DNA from: a virus
IMG/VR virus record: IMGVR_UViG_3300047557_002951
Location: 32,001-96,000 of that record
Length of the DNA: 64,000 nt
Direction: 5' to 3' (one strand)
Position numbers and translations under genes: made by a program
Shown: in pieces, positions 25,823 to 36,159 of the stretch
Layout of the letters: the number at the start of each line of letters is the position of its first letter
Numbering within the stretch: position 1 is the first letter of the stretch
Notes under the pieces: model-generated
The model's database searches: none
The model's input: the letters and a program-made list of their open reading frames with translations, nothing else
What the model was told of the DNA's origin: nothing

Positions 25823-28381
25823 TTAGAAGTCCGGAACACCTGGAGGTAGTATCCACCAGTTTGCGCTAAAATTATTAATACTTGTTGGCGAGAAGAATGA
25901 ATTTGAAGATTGCCCATAGTACCCAAATCCATATGCACTTGTTGGGGACCAAGAAAGAACAGAATAATCTACACCAAGTCCTATGCCATCAGAAATATTA
26001 TTTTCATCCCAAGCCAAAGCTAAGAGTTGATATGAATAATTTATATTTTGCCACGCAGTTAAACTATTTTTAAGAGTAATATTATTTGCATTCAGCATTT
26101 TGTAAATATTATAATCCGTTGCATTAACAATCCTACTTGTGCTGTTATCAAGAGTTGCGGTTAGTCTATAATTTTGAATTCCACTTGCTGCGAGACTTAA
26201 GAAATTCTGCCATCTTGCATCATCAATGCAATTGTTAGTTCCGGGAAGAACTTTTCCAGGTACCTTAGATAGAGTTCTTGGATCCCTATTATCAGTATTT
26301 GATAATATGAGGATTCTCCCAGCACTATCAACATAAAAATCTCCACTTATTAGTGGATTATATGGTTCCATGATAGGAGTTACATTTAAAGTATTAAAAC
26401 TTGTTGTGTATTTTACTAGTCCTTTATAAAGTCTCAAGTCTTGAATATAAAAATCATCTGGGGTAAGTCTTTGGAAATTTGGTATTGCAAAATTATAACC
26501 ACTGGAGGTCAAATCCATAGCTCTAGTGCCACTCGCCCAATTGATTCCATTGACCCAAATTCTAAAAGTACTTCCAGTTCTTGTCAGTGCGATATGATTC
26601 CAAGTATTATTTGATAAAACTTGTGATGAAGTTTCGCATATTGTCTGAACAACTCCATTTGCATCAGGATATCCAAGTAAAAGACCACGCCTAAATTGTG
26701 AGATATTAGGCCAATTATCACCTTTTACAAATAGTTGGAAAAAGTAATCGTTTGCATTTCTACTATCAATATATGAAGGATAGAATACTGACATTCCAAC
26801 CTCGCCCCCAAAATTAAGTCCACTAAACCACATCCACATTTCTACAGTAAAATCATCAAATCCAAGAACTTGAGTTTGATTGGTATTAATTCTGAGTTGA
26901 GTTACTTCAAAAGTTCTAGTAGTTGTTCCTTTTGCTAATTTATAAGATCCAATATTGCCATAAGATCTACTTCTTTCTATTGATATTGCTGGACTAGTTC
27001 TCCCCGGAATAGTTCCAATAACCGTTGATGCACGAAGTCCTCCATTTAAAGAATTTTTAATTCTCACCTCAGGACTCATATCCTGTACTTGATTTATAGT
27101 GTTGAATGGAATTGAGTATATTAGTTGACCTGCATTTGGATCATTGTTTGCTGATATAGTTCTAGTTTTAACCTTCCAATTTGCTAAAGTATCTTCTAAT
27201 TTTACCGTTATAGTTTTTTCTTCAAGCCAATTTGAAGTGGTATTCAATTTTAGTTGAAGAGTATCTCCATTTCTTATTGTAGTAGATGTTACAAACGCAC
27301 CTCCATTAACTGACAATAATCCATCAATAGAAGTTATAGAAATATTAAAATCAATATTGTTAGAAAGACCTCCAATTGTTAAAACTTCGCTTAAAATTTC
27401 TGCATTCAATTCAGAACTTGGTAGATCTGTAAATGATAAATTGGATGGAACATTGTCTACAGTTCTAACATTCCAAGAAGTAGTACTTTGGATATCAGGT
27501 GACACATCAAGAGATATTCTTATTACTACAGTTTTTTGCGTGAAACTTAAATTAGATGAAGTCACTTTTAATCTTAAAATATCTCCATTTTTTACTATTG
27601 TAGAATTTACAAATTCTCCATAATTTACGCTAAGTAATCCTTCATTTGAAGTTATTTCTGCGGTGTAACTAAACGCATCAGTAAGTCCCTGTACTGTATA
27701 TGTGTCACTTATTACTTCAGTAGAAAATCTTACATCAGTCACATCAGTGAAGAGCAAATTCTCCGCTTTTCCACCTTTTTTAGTTTTTACTATCCAAGTA
27801 AAATCTTTTTTGCCTATTGTAATTGTTGTAGAATATGTTTTATCATAATATTCAAGTCCAACTTCAGATCCCTGAAAAGTTCTATTGTCAAATTGAGAAG
27901 ATCCCTGCGGATTAAAAGTTATATCACCATCACGCGATCCAACTGTAATATTACTACTTAATGAAATGTTATATGAAGTGGGAGATCTATCAACTACAGT
28001 TAAATTAGTTTCTAAAATATTAGGAGGAACACCGAATATACGAAGACCTACAGTATTTCCATTTCTTACATAAGAAGGTAATGTGCTGTAATCGAGTTCT
28101 GGAAATGTTGTATCAAATGTAGTGGCAGTTTGATCTAATGTAATTTTGTCATTATCGAATGTCTTAAAAAAACTCACATTACCAACAAAGTATTCGCCAT
28201 CACCTGTGATTGAAATTGGAACTTTGTAGTTTATATCTTCAACAAATTTTAATAGAGTTGTGTAAGTTTGACCTGGTTCCGCATCAATCAAATCTCCAAA
28301 ATTTATATCAAATGGATAATTATCATAAGTACCTCTAAAAGAGTACTCAGATGCGTTACCAATTGCTCCTAGTAATGGCAT
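25823..28381 (-). CDS. Virion protein with Ig-like repeats and a LamG/ConA-like lectin domain
   Basis: Repeated FTD...SEV.TI.GL...LSVNGG...IRNGD.L.L units; DFTVEMW...NTWNHIALTR.GS..RIWVNG...IQDLRLYKG. Confidence 0.75.
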   Translation of the reverse strand: MPLLGAIGNASEYSFRGTYDNYPFDINFGDLIDAEPGQTYTTLLKFVEDINYKVPISITGDGEYFVGNVSFFKTFDNDKITLDQTATTFDTTFPELDYSTLPSYVRNGNTVGLRIFGVPPNILETNLTVVDRSPTSYNISLSSNITVGSRDGDITFNPQGSSQFDNRTFQGSEVGLEYYDKTYSTTITIGKKDFTWIVKTKKGGKAENLLFTDVTDVRFSTEVISDTYTVQGLTDAFSYTAEITSNEGLLSVNYGEFVNSTIVKNGDILRLKVTSSNLSFTQKTVVIRISLDVSPDIQSTTSWNVRTVDNVPSNLSFTDLPSSELNAEILSEVLTIGGLSNNIDFNISITSIDGLLSVNGGAFVTSTTIRNGDTLQLKLNTTSNWLEEKTITVKLEDTLANWKVKTRTISANNDPNAGQLIYSIPFNTINQVQDMSPEVRIKNSLNGGLRASTVIGTIPGRTSPAISIERSRSYGNIGSYKLAKGTTTRTFEVTQLRINTNQTQVLGFDDFTVEMWMWFSGLNFGGEVGMSVFYPSYIDSRNANDYFFQLFVKGDNWPNISQFRRGLLLGYPDANGVVQTICETSSQVLSNNTWNHIALTRTGSTFRIWVNGINWASGTRAMDLTSSGYNFAIPNFQRLTPDDFYIQDLRLYKGLVKYTTSFNTLNVTPIMEPYNPLISGDFYVDSAGRILILSNTDNRDPRTLSKVPGKVLPGTNNCIDDARWQNFLSLAASGIQNYRLTATLDNSTSRIVNATDYNIYKMLNANNITLKNSLTAWQNINYSYQLLALAWDENNISDGIGLGVDYSVLSWSPTSAYGFGYYGQSSNSFFSPTSINNFSANWWILPPGVPDF

Positions 28382-28387
28382 TTTACT

Positions 28388-31300
28388 TTATTGCTGTGTA
28401 TACTGAGACAATGATCTTAGAACTGTAAATCTATCATTAATAGTTCCTGCATTTGATTTTTTCACAATGACATAAGTATACATATCAATTCCACTTGAGT
28501 TTCCTTCAGTAATTGCAAGATCTCCATATTCAAATATATTTACTGGCGAACTGTCAATTTGAACAGTTGTATTGTAGAATGCAGTTCCACCTTGTGTTGT
28601 CATAACTGCAACAGTTAGTGTTTCGCCCACATTCATGAATGAATCAAGAGATTCTACATTACTGGATCTAAAATTAATAGTCCAATTTCCTGTTGCAGAA
28701 GAAGTGTAATAATAAACATTATTATCACTCAAGTCTATATTTACTGTAGAGACAGTACCCAAAACAGTGGTAGAATCTACTGTAATTCTTTCAATAATTT
28801 CACCAACATTAAGAATTCCTTTAATATTAGTAGATCCAGTAACTTCTAGTTTGAAGTCTGCACTTGCCTGAGTTGTTCCAATACCAACATTGACTGAAGT
28901 ATGAATACCTGTTGGTGAAGTTTTCCACACAGGATCCAAACCGCTCAGTCCAGATCCATCGCCAAAGTATGTTCCATAATGAGTGCCAGTCCAAACCCCA
29001 ACATAGTGTCCATCATTATTCTGAATCGGTCCAAACTTTCTCCATTGATTATTTGAAGTGTAAACCCAACCAAGATAACCACCATCGTCTGGACTTGAAT
29101 AATATTCAACATCCCCATTATTACCGAAATCAGTTGGTGTAGAAATTCCTACAGTATACTTTCTAGAAATTACTGCATCACCTTGAAGATATAAAGAGTT
29201 TGCTTCAACGCCACGAGATGAATTAGAAGTGATCTTATCATTAAAGATTACTGGACCATTGAATTCGGAAACATTATTGCCGCCCTTACCACCTTCAACT
29301 TTAATTGATCTAGTTACACTTACATTTTCGGTATTGACAATATTGATTGCAGCTGCAGTTCCAGTTTCAACAAAAATCTCTTCACCCCGAATAGATGGAA
29401 CTGGAGCATCAAATACATCCTCTTGGCCTGTTGCAGAACTTACTCTCTTATTGCCAATATAGAAATCTCCATCATTATTCATTCCAGTGTAGACATTTAT
29501 ACCACCATCAGATTTAAATGATTGTGATAGTAGTTCTTCTTGCTCGGTGATTTGTCTGTCTTGACGATCAGGGAATGCATTAGAATAGTTACCTGGACCG
29601 AATCCAACATATTCAAAAGTATGTCCAGATGCACGAAGAATAGAGTGTCTACGGAATTCAACAGGATATGCATGTACTTTTCTTACTACGGATCCAGATG
29701 TATGAGCAGAACTACGAGTTCCTAGCAATCCTCTGAAGACAGAAACTGGATTGCCATTAACAGTTTCACGAATTCTCATAATTTCATCATCAATTTGAAT
29801 ATAATCACCGATCTTAAGACCAGTCGAATCAATTGATGAAATTGAGATCGTAGTACCAGTAGTCGTAATGCCAGCAGTTATTGTAGAACTAACTCCACCA
29901 TACTGCTCTACCAATCTTTGTTCCTCTCTTCCTGTATTCTCTCCCTCCTTAGAAGTATATCCATAAGGATGAACAATAATAGTTCCTGTTGTTGCGGGAG
30001 AGGAATTTGAAATCCCAATATTTAGATTGATTGAAGTAATTGAATTAACTTTCGATACCAAGAAATTTCCATTATATAAGGAACTATTTGCTCCTGATAC
30101 TTTTACTTTATCTTGGGCGGAAAAACCGTGAGCAGAACCAAAAGTTACTGTTGCAATTCCAGAGATATTATTGTAAGTGAATGATGTTGCAGTAACAGAT
30201 TTACCAGTTAAATATGCATTAGAATTTGATGTTATGGTTGCGCCAACTCCACTTGTCGATGGAGATGTAATTGAACCTGCGGAAGCAACTTGGATAGATC
30301 TAGTGCTAGAAATACCAGTTATTCTATACAAATCATTATATTGTTTGTAATTGTCACCCGAAATGCCAGTTAGTTCAATAACTTCATTAGTATGATTATA
30401 AATTGAGGTAACAGTCACTGTAGCAACAGTATGTCCAGATGTTGTCGCAACTCCCACAACTGATAATACATTGCCAACTTGGTATGCGCTACCACCATCC
30501 ATTACCTCAATATTGGTAATTTGACCTGATGAGTTAATCTTAATAACTGCAGATGCACCTCGACCAGAACCACCGATTAACTGCGCATTATATAAAGTTT
30601 CTATTGCACCAGTTGTTCCATATGCAGATCCTGCATTGGTAATAGAAAGGTCAGTAATTGGATTCAATCCGTGATCTATATTAGTGTGGAAAGTATGTGC
30701 AGTTCCAGCAGAATTACTAACAATATTAGTTAAACCAAATCCAACTTTGTTTTCAAATAAGAAGTTTTCAAGAGTCTCTTTAGTGATACTCTTTTGGGGG
30801 TCATTTATAACAACTTGACCTATTGGATCAGGAAGCGCATATGATTGAGATGCCTCTGGATCAGAAATTACATTATCTCTATCAAGTTGTGGATAAAGAT
30901 ATTGAACTGGTTGCGATAGTCTTAAGTGATCAAACGGTGCTATTGTTGGATTATTTGAGGAATTAATTACTGAAACATGATAAATTCCATCTTGTTGATT
31001 TTGAAGATACTCCTGAACTTGTTCTGTTCTGTATACAACATAAGTTCCAGGAAGTTTCTTTCGATTGAAATAAGGAAGTGAAGTATTTCTAACAGAAGTA
31101 TTATCCAAGAAAGTTCCTGGATTATTTGTTAAAGAATATGAAAACTCTCTTCTACTTGGAATTGAAGTTACTACATAAGTTCCATTGTAACCAGAGGTAG
31201 AAAGTCCAGAGACATTGTTTGAGCTTAGGATATTTACAATTTCAACTTGTGAACCAACAGAAAGATTATGTGGAAGCTCAGTTTGAATTGTAGCAACAGA

Positions 31301-33847
31301 ACCTACCCAAGAAGCATTAGAAATAAATCTCGTCTTCTTAAGTTCTGTTGAGTTTGAAAGTGTTTTTGTTGTATTATCTGGGCTATATTGATAATTGATT
31401 TCAGTATCATCTAATGGTAGAGATGTAGAATCTTGAATGATAAATCCATCAAGAGGTGGTCTTGCCTTAATTGTAGTATCTCTTGGAATAACATATCTAA
31501 ACTTGTATAAAGTATCTTCATAATTTCTATTATCTGGAGTTCGAGTAATATAAGTTCTAGAACTTACTCTAATTCCAGATGCCAGAATAGCATTATAAAT
31601 CCCATTACCTTGATTAACCTTCAAATACCACTGACCATTAGCAGAGTCATATTGAATTGGATGGCCAATATCACCAGGAGACTTGTCCGAAACTCTACTT
31701 ACAACTTTAAGATTTGAAGTTTTTGCTGTGAGAATGTTAATCGCATAAGAAGAAAGACTACCATTCTCCGCATCATTTAATGAAGATGCAAGGCGAACTT
31801 GAGTGCTTCCAATTCCTGTTGCAGTAGCATTAGTAATTACATAATAAACTGAATTGTGATCGAGACCATCAGGAATTTCTCCAGTATCACTAATAATTCT
31901 TACAGTCTCACCATTAATAAAATTGTGAGGTGCAGTAAGAGTAATTGTATTTGCCGATATATTATTAGTTACTCCATTTGCAAGTTTTGCGACATCATAT
32001 TCTTTTTGGTAAGTAATCCCATCAGATCCATCCATTACGATGGTCGCAGAATATGTTGTAGATATTCCAGAACTTGAAAGGATTAAGTTAAGTTGATCGT
32101 TTTGTTTTGCACCAATTCTATAACCATCGATAACACCAATTGGTCTAGAATTTTCATTAGTTTGATTATAAAGATAAAGTCTAGAACTATTTCCGACACT
32201 TACAGTTTTAGCAACATCAATTGAATCAAATTCAATTGTTATATTAGATGAAGTAATCTCTTTTGGTGGTACGATGTGACTAATATAACCTAGATCATCA
32301 CGAATGAATTTATCGTCTCTAAATCCTTTTGATAAGAGAGACTTTGCGCCAAAGTTTGAGTTAGAATTAGTGATGGACATATCACCACCACTATCTGCTT
32401 CAAAGTGTTGTGAATATCCAATCGCAAAGATAGATACGCATTGAATAAATGCATTATTACTTGCTTTAATATGATATGACTCATATGATGGTTTATATCT
32501 AGCAAGAGAATCAGAGTAGATATTTGCTACATTTGTGGTATCAATGTATTTTCCAGTTGTTGGATCATACTTTACAAAAGCATTGTTGTCCTTTTGGAGA
32601 GAGATGCCCGTGAACTGAGCAACAACCATACTCTTAAATCCAGTCACAGAATTACCATCTGCGTGCATTCCACAGAGTCCGTAAACAGATCGCAATGAAC
32701 AGTTGAAGATATATGGTGATGCTGATGTAACAGTATCTACTACAATGTTAAGTGTTCCTTGTCCAAAAACAGAATCAATGCCAGTTGGTGGTGGATTTGA
32801 TGTTGCATATTTGATTTCAGTATCGCTTACAACTTCCTTAACTACATACTGACCATTAAAGGTGCTAATGCCAACACTATTGATACGAATTGGAGTATCA
32901 ACATCAAGCCCAGTAACCTCTTGCGCTAATGTTACGGTAATTTCTGTTCTATCTCCACCACCTACTCCATCTCCAGCACGGATACTTGAGATTCCAACTT
33001 CTTCGCCACGAGATCCAACAATACGATACTCATCAATTTTTGATTCAATGTCAACTACTGAGGGATAATCTGGTGATATTGATCTACCGCTTGAATTGCC
33101 ATAAGCAAGACCAATCTTTTCATAGTAAATGTCTAGATCAGTTCTATCTGTAGAATAAGTGTTAAATGCATCGTCAATTTCTACTGCATTTGCGCCATCT
33201 GCATATTCAAATGCAGTGAGTTTATTATGTGAAAAATTTGGAACAAATGTATTGTTTGTATAGTCTTTATAACAAACTCCATTTGGATTTGCGTCAAAAA
33301 TTGACATCTGCCAAAGATAGCAAGCACCTGTCAATCTTAAAATTGCAGATCTTCCAATATTATCATTCTCTGGGTCAGGAACATACTTTGGACGAATCTT
33401 TGTCTTACGAAGATCATATCCCACAACAGAAGTTCCTCTTGGAACTATTACACCACCGTGAACAGAATTAAACTTATAAAGAGCATTATTATCTGCATTT
33501 ATATCAAAGTTTGTCTGTAAGTCAAACTCATAAAAATCACTTGAAGTTGTTCCATCTCTCTTGAGGAAAGTAGAACCTGTGATCGGGATCCAGCCCGGTC
33601 TATTATCAATTAAGTGTTCACCTGGATATAGAAGAATTGTTGTGTTGCCAAACTTGTCATTATTTGGACCAGGAAGATATGAGAATCTTGCAGCTTCGAT
33701 CAGCGCACGCTGTAGAGTCTTAAATGGTCTTGCAGCACTAGTTCCATCATTTTCGATGGAATCGGTGGAGTCTAGTGCGTTGGGATCGACATATATGATA
33801 TTTCCTCTGACGCTACGAAGAAAATTTGATAATCTGGATAGCCCCAT
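28388..33847 (-). CDS. Giant cyanomyophage virion structural protein (1819 aa)
   Basis: MGLSRLSNFL...IYVDPNALDSTDSIEN...RPFKTLQRALIEAARFSY start, typical of cyanophage structural giants. Confidence 0.8.
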   Translation of the reverse strand: MGLSRLSNFLRSVRGNIIYVDPNALDSTDSIENDGTSAARPFKTLQRALIEAARFSYLPGPNNDKFGNTTILLYPGEHLIDNRPGWIPITGSTFLKRDGTTSSDFYEFDLQTNFDINADNNALYKFNSVHGGVIVPRGTSVVGYDLRKTKIRPKYVPDPENDNIGRSAILRLTGACYLWQMSIFDANPNGVCYKDYTNNTFVPNFSHNKLTAFEYADGANAVEIDDAFNTYSTDRTDLDIYYEKIGLAYGNSSGRSISPDYPSVVDIESKIDEYRIVGSRGEEVGISSIRAGDGVGGGDRTEITVTLAQEVTGLDVDTPIRINSVGISTFNGQYVVKEVVSDTEIKYATSNPPPTGIDSVFGQGTLNIVVDTVTSASPYIFNCSLRSVYGLCGMHADGNSVTGFKSMVVAQFTGISLQKDNNAFVKYDPTTGKYIDTTNVANIYSDSLARYKPSYESYHIKASNNAFIQCVSIFAIGYSQHFEADSGGDMSITNSNSNFGAKSLLSKGFRDDKFIRDDLGYISHIVPPKEITSSNITIEFDSIDVAKTVSVGNSSRLYLYNQTNENSRPIGVIDGYRIGAKQNDQLNLILSSSGISTTYSATIVMDGSDGITYQKEYDVAKLANGVTNNISANTITLTAPHNFINGETVRIISDTGEIPDGLDHNSVYYVITNATATGIGSTQVRLASSLNDAENGSLSSYAINILTAKTSNLKVVSRVSDKSPGDIGHPIQYDSANGQWYLKVNQGNGIYNAILASGIRVSSRTYITRTPDNRNYEDTLYKFRYVIPRDTTIKARPPLDGFIIQDSTSLPLDDTEINYQYSPDNTTKTLSNSTELKKTRFISNASWVGSVATIQTELPHNLSVGSQVEIVNILSSNNVSGLSTSGYNGTYVVTSIPSRREFSYSLTNNPGTFLDNTSVRNTSLPYFNRKKLPGTYVVYRTEQVQEYLQNQQDGIYHVSVINSSNNPTIAPFDHLRLSQPVQYLYPQLDRDNVISDPEASQSYALPDPIGQVVINDPQKSITKETLENFLFENKVGFGLTNIVSNSAGTAHTFHTNIDHGLNPITDLSITNAGSAYGTTGAIETLYNAQLIGGSGRGASAVIKINSSGQITNIEVMDGGSAYQVGNVLSVVGVATTSGHTVATVTVTSIYNHTNEVIELTGISGDNYKQYNDLYRITGISSTRSIQVASAGSITSPSTSGVGATITSNSNAYLTGKSVTATSFTYNNISGIATVTFGSAHGFSAQDKVKVSGANSSLYNGNFLVSKVNSITSINLNIGISNSSPATTGTIIVHPYGYTSKEGENTGREEQRLVEQYGGVSSTITAGITTTGTTISISSIDSTGLKIGDYIQIDDEIMRIRETVNGNPVSVFRGLLGTRSSAHTSGSVVRKVHAYPVEFRRHSILRASGHTFEYVGFGPGNYSNAFPDRQDRQITEQEELLSQSFKSDGGINVYTGMNNDGDFYIGNKRVSSATGQEDVFDAPVPSIRGEEIFVETGTAAAINIVNTENVSVTRSIKVEGGKGGNNVSEFNGPVIFNDKITSNSSRGVEANSLYLQGDAVISRKYTVGISTPTDFGNNGDVEYYSSPDDGGYLGWVYTSNNQWRKFGPIQNNDGHYVGVWTGTHYGTYFGDGSGLSGLDPVWKTSPTGIHTSVNVGIGTTQASADFKLEVTGSTNIKGILNVGEIIERITVDSTTVLGTVSTVNIDLSDNNVYYYTSSATGNWTINFRSSNVESLDSFMNVGETLTVAVMTTQGGTAFYNTTVQIDSSPVNIFEYGDLAITEGNSSGIDMYTYVIVKKSNAGTINDRFTVLRSLSQYTQQ

Positions 33848-33892
33848 CTTATTATCGCTAAAGTTCTTTATTACCTATTTAGCGATAATAAG
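33848..33892 (-). promoter_or_regulatory. 15-bp hairpin abutting the start codon, with an embedded late promoter
   Basis: CTTATTATCGCTAAA (33848-33862) / TTTAGCGATAATAAG (33878-33892); CTAAATA at 33876-33882. Confidence 0.75.
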
Positions 33893-33976
33893 TCCTCAAT
33901 CATAAGAACAAAACATAGAAATTAAAACAAATAAAAATAAAAGAATTAAACAAATTTCTAATGAGTTGATCATAAG

Positions 33977-34016
33977 AAAAAAAGCTCTAGGACTATCTAT
34001 AGTCTCGTAGAGCTTT
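33977..34016 (-). terminator. Intrinsic terminator of the early mini-operon
   Basis: AAAGCTCTA...TAGAGCTTT stem plus T7 just after ORF 34022..34207. Confidence 0.75.
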
Positions 34017-34021
34017 AATGT

Positions 34022-34207
34022 TTACTTTTGTTTTGATTTCGCCATAGATTGAACTATATTTTCTATGTCTGACATTGCATCATGTAAATTAGGTTGTTGT
34101 CCAGATTCTTGTTTTACAACTGGTCGAGAACTATCTGTTACAGTGTATCTCCATTGTCCCATTTCTGGACACAACCATAAATTAATTTTCATTTTTGAAG
34201 TGCTCAA
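34022..34207 (-). CDS. Small early hypothetical protein
   Basis: MKINLW...GQWRYTV...QESG; the real start may be the second Met. Confidence 0.55.
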   Translation of the reverse strand: MSTSKMKINLWLCPEMGQWRYTVTDSSRPVVKQESGQQPNLHDAMSDIENIVQSMAKSKQK

Positions 34208-34340
34208 GCTCTATCCAATTCCGAAGAGTTTGAAATGCACTAATGGAAGCATCTGTGCAATTATCATCTTTGAGTTTTTGAATATAATATTCAAATGCTT
34301 CAATTGCCATTTCTCGGTCTTTTTGTGAAATTAATGACAT
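34182..34340 (-). CDS. Small early hypothetical protein
   Basis: Likely start MSLISQKDREMAIEA, directly after the upstream stop. Confidence 0.55.
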   Translation of the reverse strand: MSLISQKDREMAIEAFEYYIQKLKDDNCTDASISAFQTLRNWIELEHFKNEN

Positions 34341-34341
34341 A

Positions 34342-34611
34342 TTAATCGATAGGTAACATTTCTGGATTTGATAGTTCCAATTCAAACATAAGAGGATGAC
34401 ACTCCTCCAAAATTAAATATTGTGAAGAACGGTGTAAATCTTCTGGTTCGTATCGCCTTTCATTATCAGCTAATTTTATGAGTTCCAAATCTTTTATGGA
34501 GTCATCTTCTAGTTCATCAAAAGTAAATGGAACTTGATTGATGAAATACATAAGAACGATTTGTGTCCCTTTATTGTACCAGACATAAGATGCATCAATT
34601 CTGTATTCCAT
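34342..34611 (-). CDS. Conserved cyanophage hypothetical protein
   Basis: IVLMYFINQVPFTFDEL...YLILEECHPLMFE; AGGAG SD. Confidence 0.65.
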   Translation of the reverse strand: MEYRIDASYVWYNKGTQIVLMYFINQVPFTFDELEDDSIKDLELIKLADNERRYEPEDLHRSSQYLILEECHPLMFELELSNPEMLPID

Positions 34612-34638
34612 CAGATGTCTCCTATTACTTGATATTAT

Positions 34639-34845
34639 TTAGAAATTATTATTTACTGGATGATATTTCAAATATTCAAAAAAAGTTAGTTTCATTTCTT
34701 TGGTTGACATTCCACAATGTTTAGCTGCAATTGGGAGATTCCATTTTGCATGAAATAAATTTTCGTTCGCTTCGTTTACATTTTCTGGTGTCGTTTTCGC
34801 CCTCTCTTCTTTCAGTAATTTGTAGTTAATTTGATATGGGTTCAT
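34639..34845 (-). CDS. Small hypothetical protein (possible HTH)
   Basis: KTTPENVNEAN..LF.AKWNLP.AA.HCGMS..EMKLTF.EY. Confidence 0.6.
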   Translation of the reverse strand: MNPYQINYKLLKEERAKTTPENVNEANENLFHAKWNLPIAAKHCGMSTKEMKLTFFEYLKYHPVNNNF

Positions 34846-34902
34846 TTTTAAAAAATATAAGACAAGAAAATTTAATGGGATTATTTTTATTAAAAATGAA
34901 AT

Positions 34903-35085
34903 TTAAAGTGGATTTGTATATGAGAGTGTTTCTTCATCCACAGTAGCACGAACAAAGTCTAACACATTCATAAATTCTTCTACAGTATCACAGGTCACTT
35001 GTTTCTCCGATCCCTCACTGGAGTACAGATACACTGTACGCTTGATAGGATCCACCACGCAGCTTGAAAGGTACTCGTCTTGCAT
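34903..35085 (-). CDS. Small early hypothetical protein
   Basis: CVVDP..R..YLYS.EG....V.CDTVEEFMNVL; first gene after the sigma70 promoter. Confidence 0.65.
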   Translation of the reverse strand: MQDEYLSSCVVDPIKRTVYLYSSEGSEKQVTCDTVEEFMNVLDFVRATVDEETLSYTNPL

Positions 35086-35110
35086 TTTATTGATTTTTGA
35101 TTACCTAGGT

Positions 35111-35139
35111 ATCATAGCACGGTGCGGTGCTGGTGTCAA
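35111..35139 (-). promoter_or_regulatory. Early (sigma70-type) promoter
   Basis: TTGACA-17 nt-TATGAT with an extended -10 TG. Confidence 0.85.
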
Positions 35140-35160
35140 GCAAATTTCTGCTTTCAAACA

Positions 35161-36156
35161 TCAAACCAAATATTTAACAATAACAATTCCACTCCCACCA
35201 TTATTTACATCTGTTGGTAATCCATATGTACTTCCTCCTCCACCTCCACCAGTATTTGTAACGCCAGGTTGAATTAAAGAAAGATTAGTTGAAACAGGAT
35301 TTATTCCTTGCAAACAAGAATTACCTCCTCCACCTACTCCACCAAGTCCTTGAGAAGACCATCCCATTCCACCTCCACCTCCTCCAAAATATCGTCTATT
35401 GGAATCTGGTCCTGATGTTCCGACAGATGATGGATAGTATAAAAGACCTTTTCCAGATCCTCCAGCACCTCCAGAAGAACTACTTGGAGCTGATGAACCA
35501 TTTGACCCAGAACCACCACCACCACCTGCAGAAAACCGAGAGTCGAATGTAAATGAACCAGAACCTCCAGAATAACCTTGTGGAGGAGATACTGATGGAA
35601 CATTTCCCAAACCACCTCCTGATGCTTGTCTAAAGGCAGCGCCGCCTCCGCCGCCGCTTCCTCCACTACTACCACTAGTAGAAGTTCTTGCTGTTGAATC
35701 TGATTTATTAAGTGATCCACCGCCGCCACCACCAGCAGCAGTTACAAAAGAACCAAAAGATGATGATTGTCCATTTGTTCCTTGTCCAGGATTTGATAGT
35801 CCACCAGCTCCTCCATTTCCAACTACAATTGGAATTCTAACCTTTCCTTCTGGACACAATACTGGTGTTTGATAGACCGTTTCTATGACACCGCCGCCAC
35901 CGCCGCCGCCACCACAATCTCTACCGCCGCCACCACCACCACCAACAACTAATGTGGTAATAGTTTGAGGAAAATTCGATCCCAAAAAATTAATATTAAA
36001 AGTGCCTGAAGAAGTAAAAATGTGAACCTTCCAACTTAATCCCAAATTATCAGTAAAATTTCCTACAGATTGTCCTCCGGTTGCAGAAAATCTGGAAGAA
36101 CTAGAAATACCAAAACGATTTGTTATTGAAGTAAGAGAATTAAAAATAGGTGACAT
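35161..36156 (-). CDS. Glycine-rich putative adhesin/tail tip protein
   Basis: HIFTSSGTF...LVVGGGGGGG...GGGGGG runs...GGSGIVIVKY. Confidence 0.7.
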   Translation of the reverse strand: MSPIFNSLTSITNRFGISSSSRFSATGGQSVGNFTDNLGLSWKVHIFTSSGTFNINFLGSNFPQTITTLVVGGGGGGGRDCGGGGGGGGVIETVYQTPVLCPEGKVRIPIVVGNGGAGGLSNPGQGTNGQSSSFGSFVTAAGGGGGGSLNKSDSTARTSTSGSSGGSGGGGGAAFRQASGGGLGNVPSVSPPQGYSGGSGSFTFDSRFSAGGGGGSGSNGSSAPSSSSGGAGGSGKGLLYYPSSVGTSGPDSNRRYFGGGGGGMGWSSQGLGGVGGGGNSCLQGINPVSTNLSLIQPGVTNTGGGGGGSTYGLPTDVNNGGSGIVIVKYLV

Positions 36157-36159
36157 AAA

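Noticed and set aside
33896-33973. 25-aa hydrophobic ORF MINSLEICLILLFLFVLISMFCSYD (minus strand)
   Set aside because: Lies right after a terminator, has no SD, and its hydrophobicity follows from T-rich sequence; unsupported.
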